Source: Squalus acanthias
Lineage: Eukaryota
DNA length: 64,000 bases
NCBI GenBank assembly: GCA_030390025.1
Contig: CM059425.1
Span: forward strand, 168,704,001-168,768,000
Direction of reading: 5' to 3'
Shown here: positions 24,935 to 38,356 of the stretch, piece by piece
Numbering within the stretch: the stretch's first letter is position 1
Layout: every line of letters starts with the position of its first letter
Made by a program: the position numbers and the translations under genes
Notes under the pieces: model-generated
The model's input: the letters and a program-made list of their open reading frames with translations, nothing else
Databases searched by the model: none
Told to the model about the DNA's origin: nothing

Positions 24935-25030
24935 AAAATACTACGGATGATGGAAATCTGAAATAAAAACAGAAAATGCTGGAAATACTCAGCAGGTCAG
25001 GTAGTATCTGTGGGGAGAGAAACAGAGTGA
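24935..25030 (-). mobile_element. Penelope-like terminal fragment, truncated before the hammerhead
   Basis: aaaatactacggatgatggaaatctgaaataaaaacagaaaatgctgg matches 5784-5875. Confidence 0.6.
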
Positions 25031-25232
25031 AGCCACTTGTCTTCCGAAGCACCTACAACCCCACTACACCCCTCTCCTATCACCTCCCCTTCCCCCCCAC
25101 CCCACAAAAAAAATCTGTGCTTCTAGTGTGTCTCTTAAGTGCAACACCTGACAGTTCAGGGAGAAGTGTTTCTTCTGCTGTATATGTATCCGTCAGATCC
25201 CTCGTAGTCTATTGAGGAAAAGAGACCGTAAT

Positions 25233-25994
25233 GGCCCAGATTTTGTTGTAGCAGGGCATCTAACGATATCTGCCATTAGTTAGACTTGCCCTTGCATGTT
25301 TGCATTTTTAAACTTTTTGCGTGGCAAGTTGCGGAAAGTGCGAGCTGATAACGTCACAGCAAGGGAAACGACATCTGGAACCTCAGTGAACAGGGAAACC
25401 AACTGTGTGTCTCAACCAATCAGACTGAACGATTGAGAAATAAACAGAAGGACAGAGAAGCAAGTGTAAATTAGAGTGGGTGAATTCAATATCAAATCAG
25501 GTGCAGAAAGAGAAATAGAGAGGGGTCTAAAGATTGGATTAAGACGGGGAGGAAAAAGACAGAAAGGAAAAGTGTAAAAAAAAAAAAAATTGACATTTTA
25601 AAAATCTCCAACATCAATTAATACTTTAAGGAATGAAACTCCACACTTGTGATAGTTAATTTTCAGTGCCAGAGCAGTTGGTTAGCAGTAATTAATACTT
25701 ATCACCTCGTTAAAGGGGTACTTGTGCTTGAAATGACAAGACTGGCGAGTTTAATTTGTATTTATTGGGCAAATGCAGCAACTTCATGACATTCAAAGCA
25801 TGTCAATGGTGAGGCAGACCGCAAAATGCCATTTTTGCGAAGCTAACGGCAGAGTGGCACAACTCTGACAGCAACCTTTGGATATTGGCATTTAACCATG
25901 CATCTGCTCCTCGCCTGAAGTTGCTGTACCAATTACACTTAAATAACGGCGAGCGCATTAGCCGCGCAGTTATTTTGACAGCAAAATCTGGCCC
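25233..25994. mobile_element. PIF/Harbinger-like MITE
   Basis: TIR-like ggcccagattttgttgt ... acagcaaaatctggccc with a purine-rich core; two other copies in the window. Confidence 0.7.
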
Positions 25995-26851
25995 ATTACA
26001 ATGGTGCTCCTCAGCTTAAATGAAACTGCTATATAATCATTATTGTTTCACTTACACTGTGGACCCTGGGTATGAAGAGGCATTTTGACTTGCACATCTA
26101 CTGTTTATTTTTTTCTGTACTGGGAAAAGGGAGCAACCGAAATACAGTGTAACTGATATCGTTAGTGAGGGTTTCCTGGATTTTTATAAATGCAAAACAA
26201 AATGGTTTGTAGCTGCTACAGTATATATTTCTCTTCTGTCCTCTGCATCCACATAATTCTTGTCAGTCATAAGAACTAGATGTACCAACTCTCACCATTC
26301 CTGTGGATTCTATGAATGGAGTTTCTTTGTAGACACAGGCATGCTTAAGAAGCTTGATGTTGAACTCAAAGCTAGTTTTCCTTTGCTCGTCAGCTAAAAC
26401 TGAAAAACACATTATGTAGAAGTGCAAGTGTCATTCAGATTGAAATTCAGATCCTGTATCCAAGTTTATAATCCGCATACCGTTGCCTTGGAAACTAATT
26501 ATCATTTTTATTAATAGTACAACTCAGTCAAATGTATTCTGCATTAATTTTTGAATTAAATCTTCAAAGGGATCATACAGGTGTAATTGTAAAATGATAT
26601 AGACACTTGAATTTTTGTGTGTTTTCATGAAAAATAGTAACTTTTGAGGTAAACAATTATGTATGTCATCTTGCATTAAATGTTTCCTTAGCTGTGAAAA
26701 TGAAAGTGTTTATTCACCAGAAAGATTACTTAGAATTACCTCTCCTAATTTTGATAATCTGTTTTTGTTATGACACGTTTTATAATGAAACTACAACAGT
26801 TCTAAGTACAAAAAAACCCCTCATCGTTGAGTACATTTCTAATGAGGTGCG

Positions 26852-28442
26852 ATTTCATAGAATGGTTTCAGCACAGAAGGAGGCCATTCGACCTGTCAAG
26901 CCCATGCCGGCTCTCTGCAAGAGCAGTTCAGTTAGTCCCACTCCCCTGCCCTTCCCCGTAGCCCTGCAAAAAATTTTCCTTCCAGTACTTATCCAATTCC
27001 TTTTTGGAAAGCCATGATTGAGTCTGTCTCCACCACCCTTTCAGGCAGTGCATTCCAGATCATAACCACTTGCTGCATAAAAAAGTTTTTCCTCATGTCG
27101 CCTTTGGTTCTTCTGCCAATCACCTTAAATTGGAACACTTTCGCTCTATACTCTGTCGAGACCCCTCATGATTTTGAATACCTCCATCAAATCTCCTCTC
27201 AACCTTCTCTGCTCTAAGGAGAACAACCCCAACTTCTCTAGTCTATCCACGTAACTGGAGTCCCTCATCCCTGGAATCATTCTCGTGAATCTTTTCTGCA
27301 ACCCCTCTTAAGGCCTTCACATCCTTCCTAAAGTGCGGTGCCCAGAATTGGAAACAATACTCTAGTTGAGGTGGAACAGTGTTTTATAAAGGTGGTTCAT
27401 AACTTCCTTGCTTTTGTACTCTATGCCTCTATTTATGAAGCCCAGTATCCCGTATGCTTTTTTAAACGTTTTCTCAACCTGCCCTGCCACCTTTAACGAT
27501 TTGATCATATATACTCTCAGGTCTCTCTGTTCATGCACCCCCTTTAGGATTGTACCCTTTAGTTTATATTGCTTCTCCTCGTTCTTCCTACCAAAATGTA
27601 TCACTTCGCACTTTTCTTCGTTAAGTTTCATCTGCCACATGTCCGCCATTTCACCAGCCTATCTGTCTTCTTGAAGTCTATTACTATCCTCCTCACTGTT
27701 CACTATACTTCCAAGTTTTGTGTCATCTGCAAATTTTGAAATTGTACCCTGTACTCCCAAGTCCAAGTCATTAATATATAACAAGAAAAGCAGTGGTCCT
27801 AGTACCAACATCTGGGGAACACCACTGTTCCCCAGATGTTGGTACATACACATACCTTCCTCCAGTCTGGAAAAAAACATTCACCACTACTCTCTGTTTC
27901 CTGTCATTTAGCCAATTTCGTATCCATGCTGCCACTGTCCCTTTTATTCCGTGGGCTTCAGCTTTGCTGGCAAGCCTATTATGTGGCACTTTATCAAACG
28001 CCTTTTGGAAATCCATATATACTGCGTCAACCGCATTGCCCTCATCAACCCTCTCTGTTACCTCATCAAAAAACTCGATTAAGTTAGTTAAACACGATTT
28101 GCCTTTAACAAATCCATGCTGGCTTTCCTTAATTAATCTACACTTGTCCAAGTGACTATTAATTTTGTCCCTGATTATCGTTTCGAAAAGCTTCCCCACT
28201 ACCGAGGTTAAACTGACTGGCCTGTAGTTTCTGGTTTTATCCTTACACCCTTTTTTGAACAAGGGTGTAACATTTGCAGTTCTCCAGTCCTCTGGCACCA
28301 CCCCCGTATCTAAGGAGGATTGGAAGATTATGGCCAGTACCTCCGTGATTTCCTCCTTAACTTCCCTCAGCATCCTAGGATGCGTCCCATCGGTCCTGGT
28401 GACTTATCAACTTTAAGTACAGACAGCCTTTCTAGTACTTCA
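26852..28442 (-). mobile_element. 5'-truncated CR1 LINE
   Basis: ORFs 27771-28373, 27659-27880 and 27362-27649 carry RT motifs; reverse homologue of 15712-17397. Confidence 0.92.
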
Positions 28443-28947
28443 TCTTTATATATTAGCAGGTTTACACAGCACCTCTAATAATATTTATTTATTTTGCTGT
28501 TATGAGGAATAAGCTGGCCTCTATTCACTGTTTTCCCACAGCTTTCTTGAGTTAGTAAAGTTAGTGGGGCTATTTATATATGTAATATAAGCTTTCCTCT
28601 CTATCATGCACCATTTCCTATGTCAAGAGGATGAGCAAGGCATCATTATCAGGCCTCTGCCAATCTAGTTTTGAGCCAGTGTAGGTGGCCCGCAGTGGCT
28701 CTTCTGACTTCACCTCTCTTCCAGTGGAAAGCACCTGGCCTCTGTCCTGTGTCGCCTCTTGATGGCACGAGTGAGATGGAGAATTGGTTTTGGTGAATCC
28801 TCCTCTTAACATAGCACATTGGAACATCAATAGAAATTATACTAATAATTTGTAAGAAAAAGTTTGTATTTTGGATGCTGTGGTATAAAACATATGGGAA
28901 ACCTGTTTGAATGTATTAAGCATGCAATTATTTTGCTTTGCTTACAG

Positions 28948-29129
28948 AGGAACATCCAAAGATGAGATGTGCAACTTATATATCATGTATTACATGGAAG
29001 CTAAGCATGCCAAGCCATACATGTACTGCATGCAAGAAGGTAGTCCTGAATTGTTTAAACATATTCCTCCAGAGGCAAATATTCCAATTCCTGTCAGCCC
29101 AGATATGGCTATGCATGGACATCATACAG
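28948..29129 (+). CDS. PAM: PAM coding exon (PHM C-terminus), GTSKDEMCNLYIMYYMEAKH...PPEANIPIPVSPDMAMHGHHT, with the CuM Met ligand in DEMC
   Basis: tttgcttacAG and GTgatt sites, 182 nt, phase 2-1. DEMCNLYIMYYME is the diagnostic PHM motif (rat Met314, from memory). Confidence 0.97.
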
Positions 29130-30566
29130 GTGATTAGATTTTATTAAATGTCAGAGTAACATTCATTTCTAAGCTATGACATAGATAATTTATGTTATAG
29201 AAACATTGCAGTTGGATTATTCATCAAAATTCTTTGGTAACATTCTGGGGATCAGAGGGCTGAATGAAATACATACAGAAAACTTCCACTTTAGAGAGTG
29301 AATGATTCTGGCATTAGTGGTTTATTAATTATGTGACCCTTAATCACTCAAGGGTGCCTCTCCGACAGGCTTGAATGATTTTGATTTCAGTCCTGTTGGA
29401 AAATGCTGCTGCTGGGCCACCATTGTACATCTACAGATAAGCTTCAATCTACCTTACTTATTTGTGACATTTATACATGTCAATTGTCCGCATTGAAAAC
29501 TGCTAGATTGAATTAATAGGGGTGAAAGTGGACAGTGCCAGTTGGAGGAGAAAAGGTGTCTCGAAAAGTAAGGAGTTGGATGCGGTACTGTATCTCCGTG
29601 TATTGGGTCCAGAGGAGTAGAATGCCTTTCTGAACTGGGGTGCTTGGCGGGTTGGATGTGGGAGAAGGACTGTTAAGAAAACTTTGGGCATCGATGGTCC
29701 AGATTAAAAATCTATTAATTGTGCTGTATAAGAATGCTTAAAATGAACCAGAGTGGATAATTTCACCCCCCACACCCATAAATTCACTACTAATTTTATG
29801 CCATCAACATTTGGATTTGGCCTTCAAGCTTTCTTGTATTGAAGGAAAAATAAAATAAATACAAGTACAGGAATATTGGTTATAACTACAGCTTAAATTG
29901 CAAACCCTATGTAACCACATTTTCTCATGTTAGAGCTGTTCTTGAATTGTCAGCTTTTTTGAAGCTGTTGAGCTAGTTTTTGCACCAGATACCACTGAAT
30001 TGGCTGCCACTATTCGATCCGGATATCTGGGTAGTATTTAGCAGCTACCCAACTTCCCTCCTATCTACTTGCAAGGATGAAATTCTCAGAGTTGTCTGAA
30101 AGTAGCTACTTCTAAAGTTTGTTTTGATGCTGAGATTTTTCACGATTAATGAGGAAGCTAGCTTTCAAAAATAGAATGTGCTATATCTTGCTATCCTGAT
30201 ATCATGAAATAAGCATTGCAGCCAGCTATTATCCTGAACATACTATCGGTGTTGTATCAGGTAGTGACCATTTTTAATTTACAGTTTTTGAGAAGTTTAA
30301 TCAACATAGATCTAGAAATAAAAACCCCTCCCTCCTGCCGCACTTCAAAAATGAAGTATAAAGTATCAGGAATAAACAATCTCCTTTCCTGATTTGTTGG
30401 AACTTCCTTACAGCTCATTTGGATAGCTAGAATGTACCCCAGTGAGAGATTTCCGAGTTTGCTTTTAGCCCACTCTGTTAATTGGTCCTTTTGCTAATTT
30501 CAGTTATTTTTAAATGTTTTAATATTTTTGTTCAGACCATATTTATAGCAGTAATGCTCACACTAA

Positions 30567-33500
30567 GGGAACGGTAGCATAGTGGTTATGTTACTGGACT
30601 AAAGATCCGGAGACGTGAGTTCAAATCCACAGCAGCTGGGAAATTTAAATTCTGGAATAAAAAGCTAGTATCAGTAATGGTGACCATGAAACTATTGGAT
30701 TGTCTTAAAAATACATCTGGTTCACTAATGTCCTTTAGGGAAGGAACTCTGCCATCCTTATCTGGTCTGGCCTATATGTGACTCCAGACCCACAGCAATG
30801 TGGTTGACTCTTAACTGCCCTCTGAAATGGCCTAGCAAGCCACTCAGTTGTAAAAAAACTGCTACGAAAAGCATTAAGAATAAACCCGGATGGACCACCC
30901 AGCATCGACCTCGGCACCGGCTACGGACATGACAATGGCACACCCAGCCCAGTCGACCCTGCGAAGTCCTCCTCACCAACATCTGGGGACTTGTGCCAAA
31001 ATTGGGAGAGCTGTCCCACAAACTAGTCAAGCAACAGCCTGACATAGACATACTCACAGAATCATACCTTTCAGCCAATGTCCCAAACTCCTCCATCCCT
31101 GGGTAGGCGGCACAGTGGTATACAGTCGCGAAGGAGTGGCCTTGGGAGTCCTCAACATTGACTCCGGACCCCATGAAATCTCATGGCTTCAGGTCAAGCA
31201 TGGGCAAGGAAACCGCCTGCTGATTAACACCCTTCCTCAGCTGATGAATCAGTACTCCTCCATGTTGAACACCACTTGGAAGAAGCACTGAGAGTAGCAA
31301 GGGCACAGAATGTACTCTGGGTGGGGGACAGTGGCTCGGTCGCACCACTACTGACCTAGCTGGCTGAGTCCTGAAGGGCATAGCTACCAGTCTGGGCCTG
31401 CGACAGGTGGTGAGAGAACCAACACGAGGGAAAAACCTACTTGACCTCATCCTCACCAATCTAACTGTCGGAGATGCATCTGTCCATGGCAGCATTGGTA
31501 GCAGTGACCACTGCACAGTCATTGTGGAGACAAGTCCTGTCTTCACACTGAGGACACCGTCCATTGTGTTGTGTGGCACTACCACCGTGCTAAATGGGAT
31601 AGATTCAGAAAAGATCTAGCAGCTCAAAACTGGGCATCCAAGAGGCACTGTGGGCCATCAGCAGCAGCAGAATTGTATTCCACCACAATCTGTAACCTCA
31701 TGGCCCGGCATATCCCTCACTCTACCATTACCATCAAGCCAGGTAACCAACCCTGGTTCAATAAGAAGTGTAGAAGAGCATGCCAGGAGCAGCCCCAGGT
31801 GTACCTAAAAATGCAGTGCCAACCTGGGGAAGCTGCAACACAGGACTATATGCATGCTAAAAAGTGGAAGCAGCATGCTATAGACATGGCTAAACGATCC
31901 CACAATCAACTGATCATATCAAAGCTCTGCAGTCATGCCACATCCAATCGTGAATGGTGATGGACCATTAAACAACTAACGGGAGGAGGAGGCTCCATGA
32001 ATATCCCCATCCCCAATGATGGTGGAGCCCAGCACGTGAGTGCAAAAGACAAAGCTGAAGCGTTTTCGACCATCTTCAACCAGAAGTGCCGAGTGGATGA
32101 TCCATATCGGCCTCCTCCTGAGGTCCCCACCACCACAGAAGCCAATTTGATTCACGCCACGTGATATCAAGAAACAGCTGAGCGCACTGGATACAGCTGA
32201 GCGCACTGGATACAGCTAAGGCTGTGGGCCCCGACAACATCCCGGCTGTCATTCTGAAGACTTGTGCTCCAGAACTAGCCGCCCCTCTGGCCAAGCTGTT
32301 CCAGTACAGCTATAACACTGGCATCTATCCGACAATGTGGAAAACTGCCCAGGTATGTCCTGTCCACAAAAAGCAGGACAAATCCAACCCAGCCAATTAC
32401 CGCCCCATCAGTCTACTCTCAATCAACAGCAAAGTGATGGAAGGTATCGTCGACAGTGCTATCAAGCGGCACTTACTCACCAATAACCTGCTCACTGATG
32501 CCCAGTTTGGGTTCCGCCAGGACCACTCTGCTCCAGACCTCATTACATCCTTGGTCCAAACATGGACAAAAGAGCTGAATTCCAGAGGTGAGGGGAGAGT
32601 GACAGCCCTTGACATCAAGGCATCATTTGACCGAGTGTGGCAGCAAGGACCCCTAGTAAAACTGAAGTCAGTGGGAATCGCGGAGAAAACTCTCCACTGG
32701 CTGGAGTCCTACCTAGCACAAAGGAAAATAGTTGTGGTGGTTGGAGGTAAATTATCACAGCTCCAGGATATCGCTGCAGGAGTTCCTCAGGGCAGTGTCC
32801 TAGGCCCAACCACCTTCCCTCAATCATAAGGTCAGAAGTGGGATGTTTGCTGATGATTGCACAGTGTTCAGTTCCAGTCGCAACTCCTCAGATAATGAAG
32901 CAATCCATGCCCACATGCAACAAGACCCAGACAATATTCAGGTTTGGGCTGATAAGTGGCAAGTAACATTCACGCCACACAAGTGCCAGGCAATGACCAT
33001 CTCCAACAAGAGAGAGTCTAACCACCTCCTCTTGATATTCAGTGGAATTACCATCATCAAATCCCCCACCATCAATATCCTGGGGGTCACCATTGACCAA
33101 AAACTTAACTGGACCAGCCACATAAATACTGTGGCAACAAGAGCAGGTCAGAGGCTGGGTATTCTGCAGCGAGTGTCTCACCTCCTGACTCCCCAAAGCC
33201 TTTCCACCATCTACAAGACATAAGTAAGAAGTGTGATGGAATACTCTCCACTTGCCTGGATGAGTGCAGTTCCAACAACACTCAAGAAGCTCGACACCAT
33301 CCATGACACAGCAGCCCACTTGATTGGCACCCCATCCACCACCTTAAACATTCACTCCCTCCACCACCGGCGTACCGTGGCTGCTGTGTACCCCATCTAC
33401 AAGATGCACTGCAGCAACTCGCCAAGGCTTCTTCAGCAGCACCTCCCAAACCCGCGACCTCTACCACATAGAAGGACAAGGGCAGCAGGCGCATGGGAAC

Positions 33501-33742
33501 GCCACCACCTCCAAGTTCCCCTCCAAGTCACACACCATCCTGACTTGGATGTATATTGCCGATCCTTCATCGTCGCTGGGTCAAAATCCTGGAACTCCCT
33601 ACCTAACAGCACTGTGGGAGTACCTTCACCACACGGACTGCAGCGGTTCAAGAAGGCAGCTCACCACCACCTTCTCGGGGACAACTAGGGATGGGCAATA
33701 AATGCTGGCCTTGCCAGCGGCGCGCACACATCCCATGAACTA
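30567..33742 (+). mobile_element. Near full-length CR1/L2-group LINE: tRNA-like head, APE endonuclease, RT and structured 3' end; decayed
   Basis: A-box TAGCATAGTGG (30575-30585) and B-box GAGTTCAAATCC (30617-30628). APE start LLTNIWGLVPKLGEL...PDIDILTESYL from about 30963, then PTRGKNLLDLILTN and SDH. RT ORFs 32224-33688. Confidence 0.88.
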
Positions 33743-33852
33743 ATATTTTTTTTAAAAACATATACATGGGTGCTTTGCGATTTGTTGACGTGTGTTTATA
33801 AAAACAAACTGCAATCCTTTTAAAATATGTTTCTCATTAATGTAACCACTAG

Positions 33853-33924
33853 GTAAAGAGCAGCCAGATGAAAATGTTATACTCCAGCAACCTAAAAGAG
33901 AGGAAGAGGTGGTTCTGGATCAGG
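33853..33924 (+). CDS. PAM: PAM coding exon (post-PHM linker), GKEQPDENVILQQPKREEEVVLDQ
   Basis: ccactAG and GTatgt sites, 72 nt, phase 1-1. Matches remembered human 'LLQQPKREEEEVLDQG'. Confidence 0.92.
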
Positions 33925-34051
33925 GTATGTACAACCACGTACTTTGATAATAAGTATTAAAAGGTAATTTTTCTCTTGGTCTGTAAATCATCAACATTGT
34001 ATATGGAATTATGACGGAACAAAAAAAATGTACTGTATGTTTAAATTTATT

Positions 34052-34595
34052 GGGCCTGATATCCTACAAAATCAATGTCAAAGCAGGTATAGAAAGTGAA
34101 ATAAAGAGAGGGAAAGAAAGATGGAATTAAGAGAGAGAAAGATAAAAGAGACAAAGAAAAAGTTTTAAAAAAAATCATTTACATTTTTTTTTAGTTGTCC
34201 AACAATAATGAAAATCTGAAGGATAAGACTCCACACTTGTAAAAGTTAATTTTCAGTGCCAGAGAGGTTGTTCGGCAGTAATTAAGAATCATCACGCTGT
34301 TAAAAGCGTGCTTACACTGGAATGGATAAGACCTAATTTTTTGGGGGGAGTTTAGTTCATATCCATCATATAAATACAGCAACTTCACGCCGTTCCATGT
34401 ATTTGAATGATGAGTCAGGCAGCGAGATACCGTTTTCGGGAAGCTTTTGGAGGAGCAGGGCATCTCGGACAGCAACTTTCGTATTTCTGCGTTTAACTGC
34501 GCATGTGCGGTCGCCAGAAGTTGCTGTCCGATTTCCAGGTAAATAATGGTGAGCGCTCTTAGTTTCACCGTTATTTCTACAGCAAAATCTGGCCT
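34052..34595. mobile_element. Internally deleted MITE of the 25233-25994 family
   Basis: gggcctgat ... cagcaaaatctggcct with att on both flanks; core homologous to 25490-25994. Confidence 0.65.
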
Positions 34596-36670
34596 ATTAT
34601 GATGAACGGTTGTAATTCTGGCATGTAAAATTGTTTTTATTTTAATTCCATTCTACTCACTGCAACATTAAATGATGCATATTCACCTGCTGCTATCATG
34701 TTTCATTCCACAAAAGGGACTGCATGCAATAACACCGCTGCGGCTCTTTCCAATAAATATTTCATGAGGCATCAATCAACTGGTCCAGAGCTGTGCAAGG
34801 AGAACTCATTACTTACAATGTGACCTTAATAGAATTTTTTATCCTCTATACACCTCGCATTTTATATTCCTTGTCATATATAGTGGAATCTTATAGGGTT
34901 CTATTCAACTAATGCAAGAACTTTTGATATTGTGTGTACATAGTGTATGAATGTACGGTTGGTGGTGATGGTGCCTTAACAAAGAAAAAGGAAAGTAGTA
35001 TTTGAATAGAATGGAGAGAAAGGAGATCACTGCAAAGTGGTTTGTCTAAAGCCAACTACACTAACCTTGAGTTCCATGGACTGCAGATCAGTGATACTAT
35101 CGTAGTCAATAGCACCTTTTAAAATAAATGGTGAAGACCCACATTTTTGTGCATATTGCAAGCCAGTCATCAGGTCTTCAGCTTAAAGTTAAATGTGTAG
35201 AGCTGACTCCTTTCCTTTAAGCAGTGAAAATTGCAGGATTCCAGGCTTGATGAGGAATGGCAGCAGAAAAAAAAGTAAGAAGATAGTGGTATATTGGAGG
35301 TCACAGGTTTAGATAGAGGCCATAGGTCTATGAGCACCATCCCCAGTGCTATTCTAGAATGGTCATAAATGTGAAATATACATTTACTCAATTTATTTTA
35401 AAGGCAAAATGCTGCCATAATAATCAAAGCATATATTTCAGTAGCTTTCTCAAGAACATTTACCAAGTGCGGGTACTGTTGTTTTGTGGAGTAACCTGCT
35501 TGCAACGTTACAATTTTGCTCCACATGGATGCTGATGTTTTTCTATCTTCCTGTACATGGCCAGATATTTTGTATTAAACAAGATCCAAAATGCAGATAT
35601 ATCAAATATTGATAAGAGTGTGTGTGTATTTACCTATCTATAGACACTATAGCATGAATTGGCTGTATTGCTTAAAAAATAAATTCTGTATTTCAGTTTT
35701 AAAAATGGTAGATTGAAAAAATGATCGACAGTGCTACTTGCAGCATATGCTGAGAATGTAATCAGTCATGTTAGTTTGTATAATCTATGAGCTGCAGTTA
35801 CCTTGATGAGCAATTTTTGTAAGCTGTCTTACAAATTATGACCAATAGTAGTTTCTGCTTAGAAAGTGGAAGAGTCCTTGCAAGAGTGGAGTGTTGGGCT
35901 TTTTACACCATTCCGAGCACTTTAAGTTGTATGGGCTGATATTTTGAATTCCAGTACTCTGGATATTGTCCCACGTGGGACCAATTTTACTGGGAAACCT
36001 CCATAGTGCAGTCAATCTGCAAACAGAAGGGTGGTAAAATATTTATGTATGTTATTAAAAATCCAGTATTATGTTTCAAGCTGACTTACTCCACAACTGT
36101 GCAGAACATTTTGTATAGGTTTAGGCTTGAGAATAAACATCTAAATGAATCACTTTGGAAAAATAGGATAACATTTCCTAGTAAATTGGAATTTTTGACA
36201 GTTTTCTGAAAGAGCAGAGAGATTAGGAGAATTTTTTTGAATACACCAGGTTTTACAGACATGGTCTAACCAGAATCCATTGTAGTTTTAAAAGGGAAGT
36301 GGATAAAAAAAAAAAATTAAAAGGGCAAGGGAAAAAGGTAGGGAATGGCACAATGGGCCAAATGGCATCCTTCAAGGTTGGTGTGACCTTAAGCCCCGTC
36401 TTTCCAAAAATGGAGTTGAAACAGCCCATTGGCACAGACCTGCTTGTGCCAGCAGCTCAGCGGGTATGTGCATCAAAAAGGTCCCTTCCTTTCCTACTGA
36501 TTTAAATAGGTTCCTGGCACATACAATTTTTGCTCAGAGCTTGGCCTGTAAGTACTTGGCTTGGGGAGTGTTAAACCGAGTGAGGCTGCAGCTCGTTGTT
36601 AAAGAGCAAATTGCGGAGGTGACAGAGAAGTTGACTAACTGTTCGCACAGATACAGAGGACAGCACCGCT

Positions 36671-36874
36671 ACTTTTGGTGCTGAAGGGTTGGAGGTCCTG
36701 CTACATGAGTTGCATAGAAGGAAAATGGGCCTATTTGAGGATAAAGGGCCACCTCCATTAAAAACACAAGTGCCAGCAACATGTGGGGAGGTGCCCAAGT
36801 GAATCAATGTAGTCTCCAAGGCCCCTCATATCTGCCTCCAAATTAGGAAGAAGTTTGTTGGTGTCAGGAGAAAG
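36671..36874 (+). pseudogene. Decayed Myb/SANT-like ORF remnant of a PIF/Harbinger transposon
   Basis: Translates as TFGAEGLEVLLHELHRRKMGLF...PPPLKTQVPATCGEVPK*INVVSKAPHICLQIRKKFVGVRRK, the F...LEVLL..V..R...LF / W.EVA..VN.VS...R...Q.RKKF pattern. Confidence 0.6.
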
Positions 36875-38356
36875 GTAACTGTATTGCTCAATTTTACTCA
36901 TTTCTTGTCAATCCATCAGCCATGGCGTGAATCTAAATTGGTCACAGTTGCACTCACTCAAAAAGTACCATTTGCTGCATGGCACAATTTTCTTGAAGGT
37001 GGTGGTGACAGTGGAGGAAAATCGAATAGGTGCTGAGGTGTCCAGGCCAAGGAGCTTCTCTGATGTTAGAGGGGTTCATAAAATTAATGCTGCTGCTTCA
37101 AATAATGCGGGCACCAAACACTGGCACACAATTAAGGCATCATCTCTACTTCTTGGATAAGGCCACTTGACCTGCATAATAATAATGTTGTGGTCAGACA
37201 CCATCTTAATGCTAATTGAATTCGTTCTGTTCATGTAGGCTATGGGGTTGATCTGAAGACCTTTTTCTGGTAAATGAATAAATGTTTTCTTTCATGATCT
37301 CTAGTACAGAATTCCAGAACAACAAATATCTTCCTCCTCATTTATAATTCATTATATTTGAAAGAAATAGAACTATCCCCATTTCTGTTACCTTCCTTTT
37401 TCCCTAATTATTAACACTGTAGCCTAGTTTATTTAATTCCTACTGTGAATAGATTCTGTTCATAGTCTCTAATTTATTTGATTAAAAAAAAACTTTTTCA
37501 GTTAAAGTATTACAATATGATTGACATTTCCCAGCTGCTATGGGGAATTATGTCACATTCTTTGGAAGCACTGAAATAACAAGGTCAACATTATGTGCAT
37601 CTGTAAACCCTATGTGCATTGCCACTAGTATATATAAAAAAGGCTACTCATTTACAGTTTTCACAGAATAATAGAGTTGTGGAATTTAATCCAAAGCACC
37701 AATAAAAATCCAAGAGTATCATTTAATAGAAATAGAATTTGCTTTATTCAGTCACTATGAATCAGGGCCCTGATGTTCTCATATAGCATAAAGACCCCTA
37801 TTGTTATAAGAGAGCCTATCCTCTGACTCACTAAAGGTGCTATATAAATGCAAGTTGTCTGCTGGTGCAGTTCTGAAAGATGGGAATCATTTTAAGATCA
37901 AATCTGAGATCTCTGACTGGGGTCATGGCAGTTTGATGAATCACTACCCATATATCCACCTTAATCATTATTAGGAAACAGATTCATTGACTAATTCAGC
38001 AAGCTTTTGAATTTTCTTACAACGCTCAGCATCATTTGTGCCCGATGAGCTCATATATCACAGCAGGTTGCACTTTGCTTAATGTCTGAGCTGAGAGTCA
38101 GTACTACACCTTACAAGGTAAATAAGAAGTGCTTTTGTTTATTATCTATGATAGTCACAGGTTTTTTTTGCTTGTAAACGAAATATGAAGTCACAAGTTC
38201 TATAAAGCCGTTTTTGCAAATGATGGAACTTAGCAGACATTGAGATTCCTTTGTAACAAGGAACATATAAATCATTTAAGAGCAGCTGTAGAGAAGCGCA
38301 GTGAGAGAGAGAAGCACACTGATAGCTGCTCGGAAAGCAGAAGAGCCTGTTATCGG

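Noticed and set aside
30567..30640. tRNA gene (also 55105-55170 and 54712-54740)
   Set aside because: A/B boxes are present but I cannot fold a full cloverleaf, and the heads run into repeat bodies, so they are retroposon heads.
32175..32217. 19-bp tandem duplication cagctgagcgcactggata
   Set aside because: Simple slippage duplication inside a dead LINE, only two units; not a CRISPR-like or functional array.
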